Assembly (NCBI GenBank): GCA_963803435.1
Contig: CAWDML010000008.1
Span: 672,001 to 736,000, forward strand
Direction: 5' to 3'
Origin: an uncultured delta proteobacterium
GTDB lineage: Bacteria > Myxococcota > Kuafuiibacteriia > Kuafuiibacteriales > Kuafuiibacteriaceae
Length of the DNA: 64,000 bases
The first letter of the stretch is position 1; each line of letters opens with the position of its first letter. Positions 51,045-61,096 of the stretch are shown piece by piece. The notes beneath the pieces were generated by a model. It had not been told where the DNA came from. It did no database searches and worked only from the letters and a program-made list of their open reading frames with translations. Both the position numbers and the translations under genes were made by a program.

Positions 51045-52280
51045 GTGGGTCTGCGATATTGTCCGAGCTGCAGGTCGGTCTACGCGGCCTCTATCGTCTT
51101 CTGCGGGATCGACGGACACCCGTTGGTGGAGTCCGAGGATGACCCGCTGATCGGTTGCGAGATCGATCGGTATCGCGTCCTCGAACGGATCGGAGTCGGT
51201 GCGACGGGCTGTGTTTACCGCGTGCAGCACACGCTGCTCGAGGTCGAGATGGCGATGAAGGTCCTCCACGGAGATCTCACGCAGGACCAACGGTTCGCCG
51301 AGCGGTTTCGCCGCGAGGCCAAAGCGGTCAGCAAGATGCGCCACGAGAACCTGCTCTCGGTGACCGACTTCGGTCGCACGGAGAAGGGTCTCACGTTTCT
51401 GGTGATGGAGTATGTCCGCGGACTAACGCTGGAAGAGGAGATCATGCGCAGCGCTCCCTTCCCCATCGATCGCGCGTCGCGCATCGTGGAGCAGATCGCT
51501 GCGGGGCTCGGTGAGGCCCATCGGCTCGGCTTCATCCACCGCGACGTGAAGCCGATGAACATCATGCTCACCGCGCAGGACAGGCAGGAGCAGGTGAAGA
51601 TCCTCGACTTCGGGATCGTTGGCCTGCGCACCGAGGTGATGGATGCGCGCCTGACGGCCGCCGGCTTCCTCATCGGAACTCCGGCTTACATGGCGCCGGA
51701 GCAGGCGACCGATCCGAGCGGCGTGACGCCCGCGGCCGACTTCTACTCGCTCGGCGTGATCCTCTTCGAGATGCTGACCGGCAGGCTGCCGTTCACCGCG
51801 ACTCAACCGGTCGACATGATCCTCAAGCACTCGATCGAGCCGCTACCAGATCTCCCGCCTGCAGGGGGCCTGGAGCACCTCGCCCGCTGGATGCTGGAGA
51901 AGAGCCCGTCGAACCGCCCCCAGAGCGCCGGGCCGATCCTCGACGCCATCGCCGCCTGGCGCCGCGACCTCCAGGCCGAGGAGGTCACCCAACCCGGGCT
52001 CGAGCTCGAAGGTGTCGATCTCCCGCTCCTCGACCCCGTCACGTACCACGGCTCGATCCCTCGCGAGGTCTACTACGAGCGCCTCTGCCAGCGCCTCGAA
52101 GACGTGAAGAACACGCTCGACGGGGCAAGGATCTCCGTCGAAGCCTGCCGCACCTTCGATGCGCGCCTCGCCGACATCATCGCCACCACCCGCCCTGGCC
52201 TCGACGCTAACCGCTACCTCGATCTCGCCGACCGCATTTCGCAGCTGGAACGCCAGCTCGAGCTCGGCATGCTCCAGTGA
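51045..52280 (+). CDS. Ser/Thr protein kinase with N-terminal Cys ribbon
   Basis: CPSC...FCGIDG, GVGATG, HRDVKPMN, DFG, GTPAYMAPEQ. Confidence 0.9.
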   Translation: MGLRYCPSCRSVYAASIVFCGIDGHPLVESEDDPLIGCEIDRYRVLERIGVGATGCVYRVQHTLLEVEMAMKVLHGDLTQDQRFAERFRREAKAVSKMRHENLLSVTDFGRTEKGLTFLVMEYVRGLTLEEEIMRSAPFPIDRASRIVEQIAAGLGEAHRLGFIHRDVKPMNIMLTAQDRQEQVKILDFGIVGLRTEVMDARLTAAGFLIGTPAYMAPEQATDPSGVTPAADFYSLGVILFEMLTGRLPFTATQPVDMILKHSIEPLPDLPPAGGLEHLARWMLEKSPSNRPQSAGPILDAIAAWRRDLQAEEVTQPGLELEGVDLPLLDPVTYHGSIPREVYYERLCQRLEDVKNTLDGARISVEACRTFDARLADIIATTRPGLDANRYLDLADRISQLERQLELGMLQ

Positions 52281-52513
52281 GCATGATGACCAGCCTGTGG
52301 GTCCTGCTGGTAGGCGCGCTGAAGACGCATCCGCGCCGCGTTTGAGCGGCCAGCTCGGCAGCAGGTTGAGGACGCCCCAGCCGATGTTCACCCAGACGAG
52401 ATCGTTGGCGACGGTGGGCGATCGACGGGACGCCCGCGGAAATGTGCGGGGCGAACCGGTCGCTGAGGCCGGCGAGGATGAAGCCGGCGCACACGTTGAG
52501 CCGCATCGACGGG

Positions 52514-52999
52514 TCAGGGACATCCACCCGGTACACAGCAGAAGCCGGGCGTCACGCGAAGGATGCAGTTGTCGCTGCAGCATTGCGAGTGGTCGCTGCA
52601 CTCGCCGCCGAGCGGAACGCACACGGCGCCGTCGTCCGGGCTGCCGGTGTCCGGCTCGACCGAGGCGTCGGTGCTGGCGTCTTCGCCGAGGCCGGCGTCC
52701 TCGCTGCACGCCGAACAGTCTCCGTCGAGACAGCCGAAGCAGTTGCCGCTGATACACAGAGACCCCGGGTCGCATTGACCTTGAACGCAGGGACCGAGCG
52801 GGTCGTTGGCGAGCATGCAGAGCGCAGCGTCCATAGTCTCGGCGTCCGGAGCGCCACCGTCGGAGCGAAGGCCTGTGTCGTAAGAAGTTCCATCCGTCGC
52901 CGGCGCGGCGTCATCGAGGCCGCCGACCACGTGGACACCGAGGCAGCCGGAGGACCCGACGTACAGGAGCGAAGCGACGAGCAGTCGGCGGTGGAGCAT
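52514..52999 (-). CDS. Small cysteine-rich lipoprotein
   Basis: Signal ending SSGC, DAG/DAS linkers, CC-containing modules. Confidence 0.65.
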   Translation of the reverse strand: MLHRRLLVASLLYVGSSGCLGVHVVGGLDDAAPATDGTSYDTGLRSDGGAPDAETMDAALCMLANDPLGPCVQGQCDPGSLCISGNCFGCLDGDCSACSEDAGLGEDASTDASVEPDTGSPDDGAVCVPLGGECSDHSQCCSDNCILRVTPGFCCVPGGCP

Positions 53000-53095
53000 C
53001 GGGGGTTGAGTGCGCGGAGCGCTCGAAAAGCTTACACGTGCCCGCTCGGTCGGTTGCCCGGGCCCACGGCGAAGCGTCATGGGTATAGTGCCGCG

Positions 53096-53935
53096 GTGTG
53101 GGCGGCCCTTGCCCTCAGCCTGCTGGGAGGCTCGGTTGAAGTCGGTGGCGCCACGCGCTGCCCGGCGGTCGCGGACGTGACGCAGCGGCTCGCCGCGCTC
53201 TTGCCGGCGGGCGGCGCCGATCGCCCTCTCCAGCGGGCGACGATCGAGGACGGCTCCGGCACGCTCGAGATCGAGCTGCGCGACGCGAGCGGCTCCCTGC
53301 TGGCACATCGGGCGATCGATCGAGCACGGCCCTGCAGCGATCTGGCGGAGGCGGCCGCGGTGATGATCGCCGCCTGGGTGAGCGCGCTCCCCGAGAGTCC
53401 GCTCGCACTCGCGATCGAGCCGGGGCCCTCAACTCCCCCGCTCCCTCTCCGACTGGAGATCGGAGTCGGTCTGTTTGGATCGCTCACGGGCGATCGGACG
53501 GTGCGCCCGGGCGCAGTCGTCGAGGCGTGGCTCGACTGGGCGCGTGTGGCGCTCTTCGGCAGCTGGACCCGCGAAGGCGCGATCGGACCGGGCCGCTACT
53601 CGTGGTTGCGCGCGGGGCTCAGCCTGGGCCTCAGGCTGCCGCTGTTCGCCGCGTGGATCGAGCTGCGCGCCGACGCGATCGCTGCGGTGCTGACGGTGGC
53701 CGGAGCGGGGCTCACGGCGGCGCGCCGCGACTGGGACCTGGACCCGGGAGGATCGCTCGGCGTGCGCGCGACGCTTCCGCTCGGTCTCGGCAGCCACGAT
53801 CCCTTCGTCGAAGCCTCGGCGACCGGCTGGTTTCGCCGGCAGCAGATCTCGGTCGAGGGGCTGACCGAGCAGGTCGTCCTTCCCCGGCTCGAAGGGATCC
53901 TTCTGGTGGGCGTTCCCGTCGGAGGCACGAGATGA
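53096..53935 (+). CDS. Hypothetical exported protein of an ECF module (beta-rich C-terminus)
   Basis: CP...C.DLA.AAA motif; ATGA overlap with the sigma factor; TATAGT 6 nt before GTG. Confidence 0.65.
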   Translation: MWAALALSLLGGSVEVGGATRCPAVADVTQRLAALLPAGGADRPLQRATIEDGSGTLEIELRDASGSLLAHRAIDRARPCSDLAEAAAVMIAAWVSALPESPLALAIEPGPSTPPLPLRLEIGVGLFGSLTGDRTVRPGAVVEAWLDWARVALFGSWTREGAIGPGRYSWLRAGLSLGLRLPLFAAWIELRADAIAAVLTVAGAGLTAARRDWDLDPGGSLGVRATLPLGLGSHDPFVEASATGWFRRQQISVEGLTEQVVLPRLEGILLVGVPVGGTR

Positions 53936-54531
53936 AAGCTTCTCTGCGCCGGCCGACACTCAAAGGCGTGCTGGGTGTGGCGGAACCGGCCCCGGTGTTG
54001 GCCGCGGAGATCCGCGCCGACCGCCAGGAGCTCGACCTCATCTATCGCGCCCACGCGCCTCTGGTCGCCACCTGGGCGTCGAGGCTGGCAGGACCCACGT
54101 GCGATCTCGAGGACCTGGTCCAGGAGGTGTTCTTGGTGGTCGAGCGGCGGCTCCCGAGCTTCAGAGGTGACGCGAAGCTGACCACCTGGCTGTATCAGAT
54201 CACGCACAACGTGGTGCGGAGCCATCGCCGCAAGGCGCGCGTTCGCCGGTGGCTCTCGGGTTCTGCGGAGGAGACCGCCGGAGAGCTTCCGTCGACCGAC
54301 TCCACTCCGATCGAGGACCTCGAGCGCGCGCGCGCGCGAGCGACCGTCTACGGTGCCCTCGACGAGATGGGGGACAAGTACCGCACCGTCTTCATCCTCT
54401 TCGAGCTGGAGGGCTTGTCGGGTCAGGAGATCGCGGAGCTGACCGGGACCAAGCTGGGCACGGTGTGGGTCAGGCTTCATCGAGCACGAGCCGAGTTCGA
54501 GCGACGCATCCTCGCGGGAGGCAGACGATGA
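53932..54531 (+). CDS. ECF RNA polymerase sigma factor
   Basis: EDLVQEVFL, TWLYQI, LFELEGLSGQEIA, GTVWVRLHRAR. Confidence 0.9.
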   Translation: MKASLRRPTLKGVLGVAEPAPVLAAEIRADRQELDLIYRAHAPLVATWASRLAGPTCDLEDLVQEVFLVVERRLPSFRGDAKLTTWLYQITHNVVRSHRRKARVRRWLSGSAEETAGELPSTDSTPIEDLERARARATVYGALDEMGDKYRTVFILFELEGLSGQEIAELTGTKLGTVWVRLHRARAEFERRILAGGRR

Positions 54532-55559
54532 GTCGCCGCGATCCCCCGCGCTGGATCGACGACGCCACGCGCGACGGCCCGATCCGCGATCTGCTCGAGA
54601 GCGCGGACGGACCCGCGGCACGACTGAGTGCGCAGGCGACCGCTCAGATCCGCGCGAGGCTACGGCGCGCCCAGCGCGAGCGGGCGCCCAACCGCCGTCT
54701 GGCCTTCGCCGTCGCGGCGGCCACGATGGCGCTCGCCGGGATCGCGGTCGCCGCCCGGCTCGGTGAGTGGTGGCATGCCCCGAGCACGCCGTCGCTCGTC
54801 GCGCCCAGGAAGGACGAGCCCGTGGAGCCGCTGAGGGTCGAGCCGCCGCCGCCCGCCGGGCCCGCGATCGAGGTGGTCGCACCGCCCGAGGTGAAGGCCC
54901 CGATCGCGCGCTCGAGACGACGCGCGCAGCCGCGACCGATCGCCCGCGAGGACCGACCGGCGGCGCCGGCACGCGTCGATCCACCCCCGCCGCCGTCTCC
55001 GGCTCCCGCGCCGCCGATCGAGCGCGCGGCCGCGCCCCTCCCGCCCGCTCTGGACCCCGGGCTCGCGCTTCGGGCCGAGTCGGCGATCGTGGCCGCGGCC
55101 CTGAAGGCGCTCCACCAGGAGCACGATCCCGCACGGGCGCTCGAGCTGCTCGACGACCACCGCGCCCGCTTTCCTTCGGGTGAGCTGAGCGCGGAGGCGA
55201 CGCTGGCCCGAACGGAGGCCCTGCTCACCCTCCGCGATCCGAAGCGGGCGCTCGAGGTCCTGGACGCGCTCGAGATCGATGCCATGCCTCGGCGGGACGA
55301 GCTCCTGGTGCTCCGCGGCGAGCTTCGGGCGCACGAGCAGCGCTGCGCCGACGCGATCGGAGACTTCGGTCGTGCCCTCGGTGCACGCCTCCCTCGAGAG
55401 ATGGAGGAGCGTGCGCTGTTCGGGCGCGCCGTCTGCCGGACCGAACAGGGCGATCGGACCGGCGCGAGGGAGGATCTCACGCACTACCTCCGCAAGTACG
55501 CGGGCGGTCGTTTTGCCGAGCGGGCTCGGGCCGCGCTGAGGTCCGGTCTGGCTGAGTAG
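54528..55559 (+). CDS. Putative anti-sigma factor with TM segment, Pro-rich linker and TPR C-terminus
   Basis: ATGA overlap with the sigma factor; TM; HRARFPSGEL, YLRKYAGG. Confidence 0.7.
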   Translation: MSRRDPPRWIDDATRDGPIRDLLESADGPAARLSAQATAQIRARLRRAQRERAPNRRLAFAVAAATMALAGIAVAARLGEWWHAPSTPSLVAPRKDEPVEPLRVEPPPPAGPAIEVVAPPEVKAPIARSRRRAQPRPIAREDRPAAPARVDPPPPPSPAPAPPIERAAAPLPPALDPGLALRAESAIVAAALKALHQEHDPARALELLDDHRARFPSGELSAEATLARTEALLTLRDPKRALEVLDALEIDAMPRRDELLVLRGELRAHEQRCADAIGDFGRALGARLPREMEERALFGRAVCRTEQGDRTGAREDLTHYLRKYAGGRFAERARAALRSGLAE

Positions 55560-55657
55560 CCGGAGCTTCTCGGAGCGCGCAGAACCCCGCGGTCCGGGCC
55601 TCGGCGGTGATGGGTCGAGCGGGTGCAGCGGCGAGGTCCGCTTTGCCGGTTCCCCCT

Positions 55658-57079
55658 CTACGAGAGGGTGGAAGACTCCGCTTCCCCAGCGGTGACGGCG
55701 GTACCCGCGGGCGAGCTCGTGGGCAGGACGATCCGGCCGAGCCCATAGGCGAGCACGATGGCGACCCCGGAGCCGATGAGGATGCCGACCTTGGAGGTCT
55801 CGAGGTTCGTCCCCGCCGGGAAGGCGAGCGCAGCGATGAAGATCGACATGGTGAAGCCGACCCCAGCGACGACGCCGACCACGGCGACGTGCGGCCAGGT
55901 GACACCGCGCGGCAAAGCCGCGAGCCCGAGGCGGGTCGCGAGCCAGGAGAACGCCAGTACTCCGACTGGCTTACCGAGCACGAGCCCGACCCCCGCACCT
56001 AGGAACACGAGCAGCGCCTCGCCCGAGAACGAGGTATCGCCGAGAGACACGCCCGCGTTTGCCAGGGCGAACAGCGGCATCGCTCCGAAGGCCACCCAGC
56101 CATGCAGCGCGTGCTCGATGCGCTCGACGGGGGAGACCGCTTCGCGTCGCGCCGTGTTGAGGTGATCGAGGTGCGGAAGCAGCGCGTGCTCCGCTGCGTC
56201 CGCGTGCTCGCGGAGCGCCGCCACGCTCGCGTCGGCGTGCGCGAAGAACTTCTCGCGGCCGAACCACGCCCGCACCGGGGTCATCAACCCGACGGCCACC
56301 CCCGCCAGCGTGGGATGGATCCCGGCGGCGTAGGTGCCGGCCCAAACCACCGCGGCCGGAGCCACGTACGCCCACGAGCTCCGGACGCCCAGCATCTGCA
56401 TGGCGACGATCGCCACCAGACCGGCGCCGAGGACGACGAAGCCTACGGGCGCGAGACCGGAGGAGTAGAAGACCGCGATGACGACGATCGCGCCGACGTC
56501 GTCGATCACGGCCAGCGCGAGGAGAAGGATCCGCAGCGCCGGGGGCACCCGGCTCCCCAGAAGCGTCAGCACGCCCACGGCGAACGCGATGTCCGTCGCC
56601 ATCGGGATGCCCCAGCCCGCGATGGAGGCGCGACTGTAGTTGAGCGCAGCGAAGATGGCGGCCGGGATCAACATCCCGCCGAGGGCCGCCGCGAGGGGGA
56701 GAGCCGCGCGGCGCAGCTCGCTGAGCTCACCGTGGTGGATCTCGCGGCGAATCTCGAGGCCGACCACAAAGAAGAAGATCGTCATGACCCCGTCGTTGAT
56801 CCAGAAGTGCAGATCGCGCTCGAAGGAGAACGGCCCCAGCGTCAGCCCGAGGGGCACGTTCCAGAGCGCGATGTAGCTGGCCCGCCAGGGCGAGTTCGCC
56901 CAGACGAGGGCGATCGCGGCGACCGCCAGGAGAAGGATCCCGCTCGCCGCCTCGATGGCGAGGAACCTCTCGACGGGAGCGAGCGCGGTCTGCGCGAGCC
57001 AGCGAACAGGCCACCAGCTGCCCGGCGGCTCGCCGTACGGAGGCACGGTCGTCTTGTCGTGAGGCGTCGGATCAACCAT
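55658..57079 (-). CDS. nhaA: Na+/H+ antiporter NhaA
   Basis: WINDGVM.IFFF.VGLEI.RE, GWGIPMATDIAF, LAVIDD, PLFALANAGV, GFTMSIFI. Confidence 0.93.
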   Translation of the reverse strand: MVDPTPHDKTTVPPYGEPPGSWWPVRWLAQTALAPVERFLAIEAASGILLLAVAAIALVWANSPWRASYIALWNVPLGLTLGPFSFERDLHFWINDGVMTIFFFVVGLEIRREIHHGELSELRRAALPLAAALGGMLIPAAIFAALNYSRASIAGWGIPMATDIAFAVGVLTLLGSRVPPALRILLLALAVIDDVGAIVVIAVFYSSGLAPVGFVVLGAGLVAIVAMQMLGVRSSWAYVAPAAVVWAGTYAAGIHPTLAGVAVGLMTPVRAWFGREKFFAHADASVAALREHADAAEHALLPHLDHLNTARREAVSPVERIEHALHGWVAFGAMPLFALANAGVSLGDTSFSGEALLVFLGAGVGLVLGKPVGVLAFSWLATRLGLAALPRGVTWPHVAVVGVVAGVGFTMSIFIAALAFPAGTNLETSKVGILIGSGVAIVLAYGLGRIVLPTSSPAGTAVTAGEAESSTLS

Positions 57080-57539
57080 GCGAGCCTCGCACCACTCACT
57101 CTTCAAGAGCGGTGAGGGCTGGCGGCCCGACCAGCCCGGAACCTGCGGTGATGTCCACCGCACCCGTCGTGTTCCGGCAAGATAGCGGATCCTGGAGGCG
57201 ATGGCCACGACCAACCATCCGGCGATGGTGCCGTCCTCCCGACCCTGCGGTGACCCGTGAGGATCAGCGAGCGGTCAGACACGCCGATCGCGAGCGCGTA
57301 GTGCAGCCGACCGTTGTATGCGGGCTCGACGGGCGCTCACAGGAGGCGCTTCAAGAGCGCGTTCATCTTCCACTCGCCGCGGAGGTGCTTCCGGGCGGTG
57401 GATGACATGGCAGCGAGGAGGCGCTCGGTCGACCGTAGGGCGTTGCTGACGAGCGTGGTGGGGGCGTTGCCAAGGGGCGCCGCCTCGCGTGAGGAGCTCA
57501 TCGATCACCGGGAGAGCTCCCCGCAGGCTCGTGAGCACG

Positions 57540-57796
57540 CATCTCTCGGGTCGCGTCCGACCTCTCGCATGCGACCGCGTCCGGATCCCGGCGTTGGCGA
57601 GCGCGTTCGCGGTGCCCACCGAGAGCTCGAGCTCGTCGACCGGTCGCGCGGGGTGGGGGTTCAGCGACGGCTCCTCCCTTGGCGGTGGTGCGAAGGCCGC
57701 ACGGACGACCTCCTGCCGCGCGGAGCGCTCGTCGCGCCAGCGCACGAGATCGCCCTCGTCCGGCACCGGCGGCTGGCGCCCGAGCGCGTCTTTCAC
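57540..57796 (-). pseudogene. Remnant containing an RNA polymerase alpha-CTD-like segment
   Basis: PVDELELSVGTANALANAGIRT, after which the similarity is lost. Confidence 0.45.
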
Positions 57797-57808
57797 GCGG
57801 ATTTGGCC

Positions 57809-58327
57809 TCAACGGCGCACGCCGGGGCGCGTAGGCACCGGGTTGCGCCGCACGATCTCGGCGTTGATCGCGCCGGCGAAGCCGACCCACGCCAGGTAGG
57901 GGAGGGCGGCCGCGGCCGCGGGTCGGTCGGCGCGCCGCGCGATGCACGTGTAGCCGAGCAGCGTCGCCGCCAGCAGGCCGAGATCGACCAGGGCCGTGCG
58001 CGGCGCGCGACGCCGGAAGAAGAGCCACGACCAGAGACCGTTGAACCCGAGCTGCGCCGCCCAGAGCACGAGCGCACCGCTGCGTGCCGGCGAGCGCGCC
58101 GCGCGCCAGACGCGCCACCCGGAGATCGCGGCCAGCGTGTAGAGGACGCCCCAGACCGGGCCGAACACCCAGCTCGGCGGCTGAAAGGGCGGCTTGTCGA
58201 GCGAGCGGTACCAGGCGCTCCGGTCGGGATCTCCGGTGGCGGCGCGGGCGGCGAGGGCGACTCCGAGCGTGGCCGCACCGAACGCTGCGAGCGCGGCGGT
58301 GGCTCCGGTCGGGGATGATCGTTGCAT
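57809..58327 (-). CDS. tspO: TspO/MBR family tryptophan-rich sensory protein
   Basis: WYRSLDKPPFQPPSWVFGPVW, NGLWSWLFF, LPYLAWV.FA. Confidence 0.9.
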   Translation of the reverse strand: MQRSSPTGATAALAAFGAATLGVALAARAATGDPDRSAWYRSLDKPPFQPPSWVFGPVWGVLYTLAAISGWRVWRAARSPARSGALVLWAAQLGFNGLWSWLFFRRRAPRTALVDLGLLAATLLGYTCIARRADRPAAAAALPYLAWVGFAGAINAEIVRRNPVPTRPGVRR

Positions 58328-58367
58328 GCCGATTCGGCACGCACGTTCCGTTCCAGCGCTGCGGCGG

Positions 58368-58868
58368 TCAGCGCGCGCGTGCGAGCTGATCGACGGCCCG
58401 CAGGAGCGTCGGCATCCGCGACTCTCCGTGCATCGAGGCCACCCGCCCCGCCGCGGCCTTCGGGTCGTCCGTGGCGCTCACCCACAGCGGGCGCCGCGAG
58501 GTGCCGCGCAACAGCGGGACCGCCTCGGCGCCGCGGAACTCGCTCTTCGCCACGCCGACGATCGAGCAGCCGCCCTCCAGGGCGTCGAACAGGTGACGGC
58601 CGAGGCCGGGATGCCCGCCGCCGAGGTCGACGTAGCCGTCGACGATGATCGCGGCGAGCGCTCGCTCGCTCCGGACCTCCGCGATCAGCGGCAGGATGCA
58701 GGGGAGCTCCCGCTCGAAGAAGGCGCCCGGCCGGTAGGGACGGAGGCCGCCGTGTGTGCGGGTCAGCTCGAGCTCGGCGGTCGCGGCGGTCCAGTCCGCG
58801 AAGAGGAGGCCGGCGACCCGCGCGAGATCCTCCTCCTCGTGATAGCAGACGTCGACGGCGAGGAGCAT
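58368..58868 (-). CDS. nfi: Endonuclease V family protein
   Basis: AVDVCY, YRPGAFFERELP, IVDGY, GLG, VGVAK, PLWVS, AVDQLAR. Confidence 0.85.
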   Translation of the reverse strand: MLLAVDVCYHEEEDLARVAGLLFADWTAATAELELTRTHGGLRPYRPGAFFERELPCILPLIAEVRSERALAAIIVDGYVDLGGGHPGLGRHLFDALEGGCSIVGVAKSEFRGAEAVPLLRGTSRRPLWVSATDDPKAAAGRVASMHGESRMPTLLRAVDQLARAR

Positions 58869-59581
58869 CACCCGGCCCAGGGGAGCGAGTCGCTGTCGAG
58901 ATCCTCGAACCAGATCCACCCGACCAGGCCGCTCGACGACCTGATCAGGAACGCGTCGCAGCTCGCGAAGGGCGAGTCCTCCTGCTTCTTGCAAGCCGAC
59001 TTGCGCGGCAGGTAGCCGATGATGTCGACCGGCTTGCCGGGCGCGAGCACGCCGACCACGCCCTTGTGCTCCGGCGTGCGGAAGAGCTTCGGGCTCCCCT
59101 TCGGCTTGCCGCTGCTGCCGGCGTAGAAGAACGCCTGCTCGACGCGCACGAGCTTGCCGTGGGACAGCTCCAGCTTGTCGGTGGTCTTGAAGAAGCCGAG
59201 CCACGGCTCGATCCGCACCGTGCCATTGCCGGGAAGCTCGGGCGGCGTGGGGAGCTCACCGCCGAACGCCCCCAGCAAGGAGAGCTTCCCCTTGGCATAG
59301 CCGACCACGAGGAAGTGGTGAAGGTCGCCGCCGTCCGGATCGCTCTCGATCAGGAGCTCGCGCGCGCCATCGCCGCTGTCGAGATCGATGACCGCGAAGC
59401 CGGCGACCGGATCCTCCCCGATCTCCTGCTCGAGGGTGGCGGCGCCGACGTGCACCGAGGCGCGCCGCCCCTTCTGCTCGACGGAGATCTTCTCGGGTCG
59501 ACCGTCGCCGTCGAGGTCCGCCTCAGCGGCCTTCACGTACTGGAGCTGGCTGGTGATCAGCGCGACGAACAGGAGCTGCAC
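58868..59581 (-). CDS. Hypothetical exported protein
   Basis: Short signal, ADLDGDG repeats, SH3-like end GLVGWI; TGATG overlap with the endonuclease V gene. Confidence 0.6.
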   Translation of the reverse strand: MQLLFVALITSQLQYVKAAEADLDGDGRPEKISVEQKGRRASVHVGAATLEQEIGEDPVAGFAVIDLDSGDGARELLIESDPDGGDLHHFLVVGYAKGKLSLLGAFGGELPTPPELPGNGTVRIEPWLGFFKTTDKLELSHGKLVRVEQAFFYAGSSGKPKGSPKLFRTPEHKGVVGVLAPGKPVDIIGYLPRKSACKKQEDSPFASCDAFLIRSSSGLVGWIWFEDLDSDSLPWAG

Positions 59582-59747
59582 AGGGCGCGCAGCTTACTAC
59601 GAGCCCGGCCCCGCTTCCCCTGGGATCGTGGTCACGATTCTTCGCTACGTTGTGGCCGATAACGATCCCGGCGCCGGCGGCGGCCTCGAGCGCGCTCCAG
59701 AGACGCTTCACGGCTTTGGCCCGCCTCGACCGGCGTGATCACCATGC

Positions 59748-60160
59748 TCACCGCACACAGCGTCTTTCCAGGGCCATGGCGCGATCCGAGGAGCGGTCGT
59801 CGATCGCTTGGAGGTGCGCGCTCACCTGCCGGAGCTGCTTCGCGTCGAGCCAGCCCTTCGCCCGCGAGACCCACAGGTTGCGGTTCGGTGGGCGGGCCTT
59901 GGCGTTCTCGAGCTGCGTTCCGCGGGCGAAGTCGCGCTCTGCAGCGCGGAGGAGCGCGCGGGCGATCCGTCGTGATGCGCGCCGGCCCTCCTTCGAGCGG
60001 AGATCATAGTCCACCACCAACCGCTGTCCCGCCGCGGTGTAGCGCGCTTCGACCCGGCCGCTCTCGGGTGCCGACTTGCGCGTCACCAGCCCCGCGCGTC
60101 CGAGGAGCTGGAGGTGGTCGTACAGCGCCGACACCCGCATCCCCATCTGGAGCGCGACGA
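59748..60160 (-). pseudogene. Degenerate ArsR-like winged-HTH regulator
   Basis: ALYDHLQLLGRAGLV...GRVEARY; N- and C-termini appear eroded. Confidence 0.5.
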
Positions 60161-60211
60161 CTGAGTGTTTGGAGGGCAGCCTTCGATCGCGCCGAGTGCT
60201 AGACAAGGACT

Positions 60212-60586
60212 ATGATCAACGCATCCTGTCACTGCGGCGCGGTCCGGTTCGAGATCGCGGAGCCACCCGAGATGCTCACCCTGTGCAACTGCTCCATCTG
60301 CCGTCGCATCGCAGGCCTGTGGGCGTACTACCGGCCGGAGCAGGTCAAGCTGGTGTCGCCCCCGGGAGCCACGCTCGCATATGTATGGGGCGATCGGTTT
60401 CTCGAGCTGCACACCTGCCGAACGTGCGGATGCACCACGCACTCGGAGCGCATCGAAAAGGAGGGCGCAGAGCGGATGGGCGTGAACGCGCGGATGATGG
60501 ACCCCTCGGTGATCGCAGGTTTGCGCGTGCGCCATCTCGACGGAGCGGACACTTGGGAGGTCCTCGCCTGGAGCGTCCACGGTTGA
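60212..60586 (+). CDS. GFA/CENP-V family Zn-binding protein
   Basis: SCHCGAV, CNCSICRR, CRTCGC, GVNAR. Confidence 0.88.
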   Translation: MINASCHCGAVRFEIAEPPEMLTLCNCSICRRIAGLWAYYRPEQVKLVSPPGATLAYVWGDRFLELHTCRTCGCTTHSERIEKEGAERMGVNARMMDPSVIAGLRVRHLDGADTWEVLAWSVHG

Positions 60587-61096
60587 CTCCGCGCACCACG
60601 CCGCCGCCGCGCGAGATCTTCCGGCGCTCATCGTCGTAGCTCATCGCCATCCACCGGCGGCTCCATTTCGGTTACGGGATCTCAACGCCAACACCGGCCC
60701 CATCGACATCGTGTCTCATGATCCGGCGACGCAAACCTGGGCCCAACATCTCACCGTGCAGACGGAGAGCATCGAGCGTTTCGTGGTGATCGGCGACGAG
60801 CTGTGGGCCCCCGGGTCCGACGCCCGCGGCCCCGAGGCCACGGGCTGCGAGTATGCCAGCGGCAACGCCAGCCACGAGTGGACGATCCGAACCAGCTCTT
60901 CGGCTCCGCGCACCTCTGCCTCGGCTACGTGCAGGGCTCGACGCGCCCCGAGCAGCGGCTGCGCCACCAGAGCGACTGGGCGAAGTTCATCATCGTCTTC
61001 CCGAACTCCACCGGCCGCGGCGGGATCCAGCTCAGGCACCTTCAACACGAACCAGAAGGGGCTCGACGGCATGGGCGGCCGCCACTTGGACTCGAG

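Noticed and set aside
52290-52510. Possible small membrane-protein remnant (VWVNIGWGVLNL)
   Set aside because: Too fragmentary across frames to call.
54324-54338. GC dinucleotide run inside the ECF sigma gene as a phase-variation tract
   Set aside because: Encodes ARARA in frame; expected by chance at this GC content.
60600-61090. Protein-like fragments (IERFVVIGDELWAPGSDARG)
   Set aside because: No coherent start or stop and no recognised family; probably a decayed gene.
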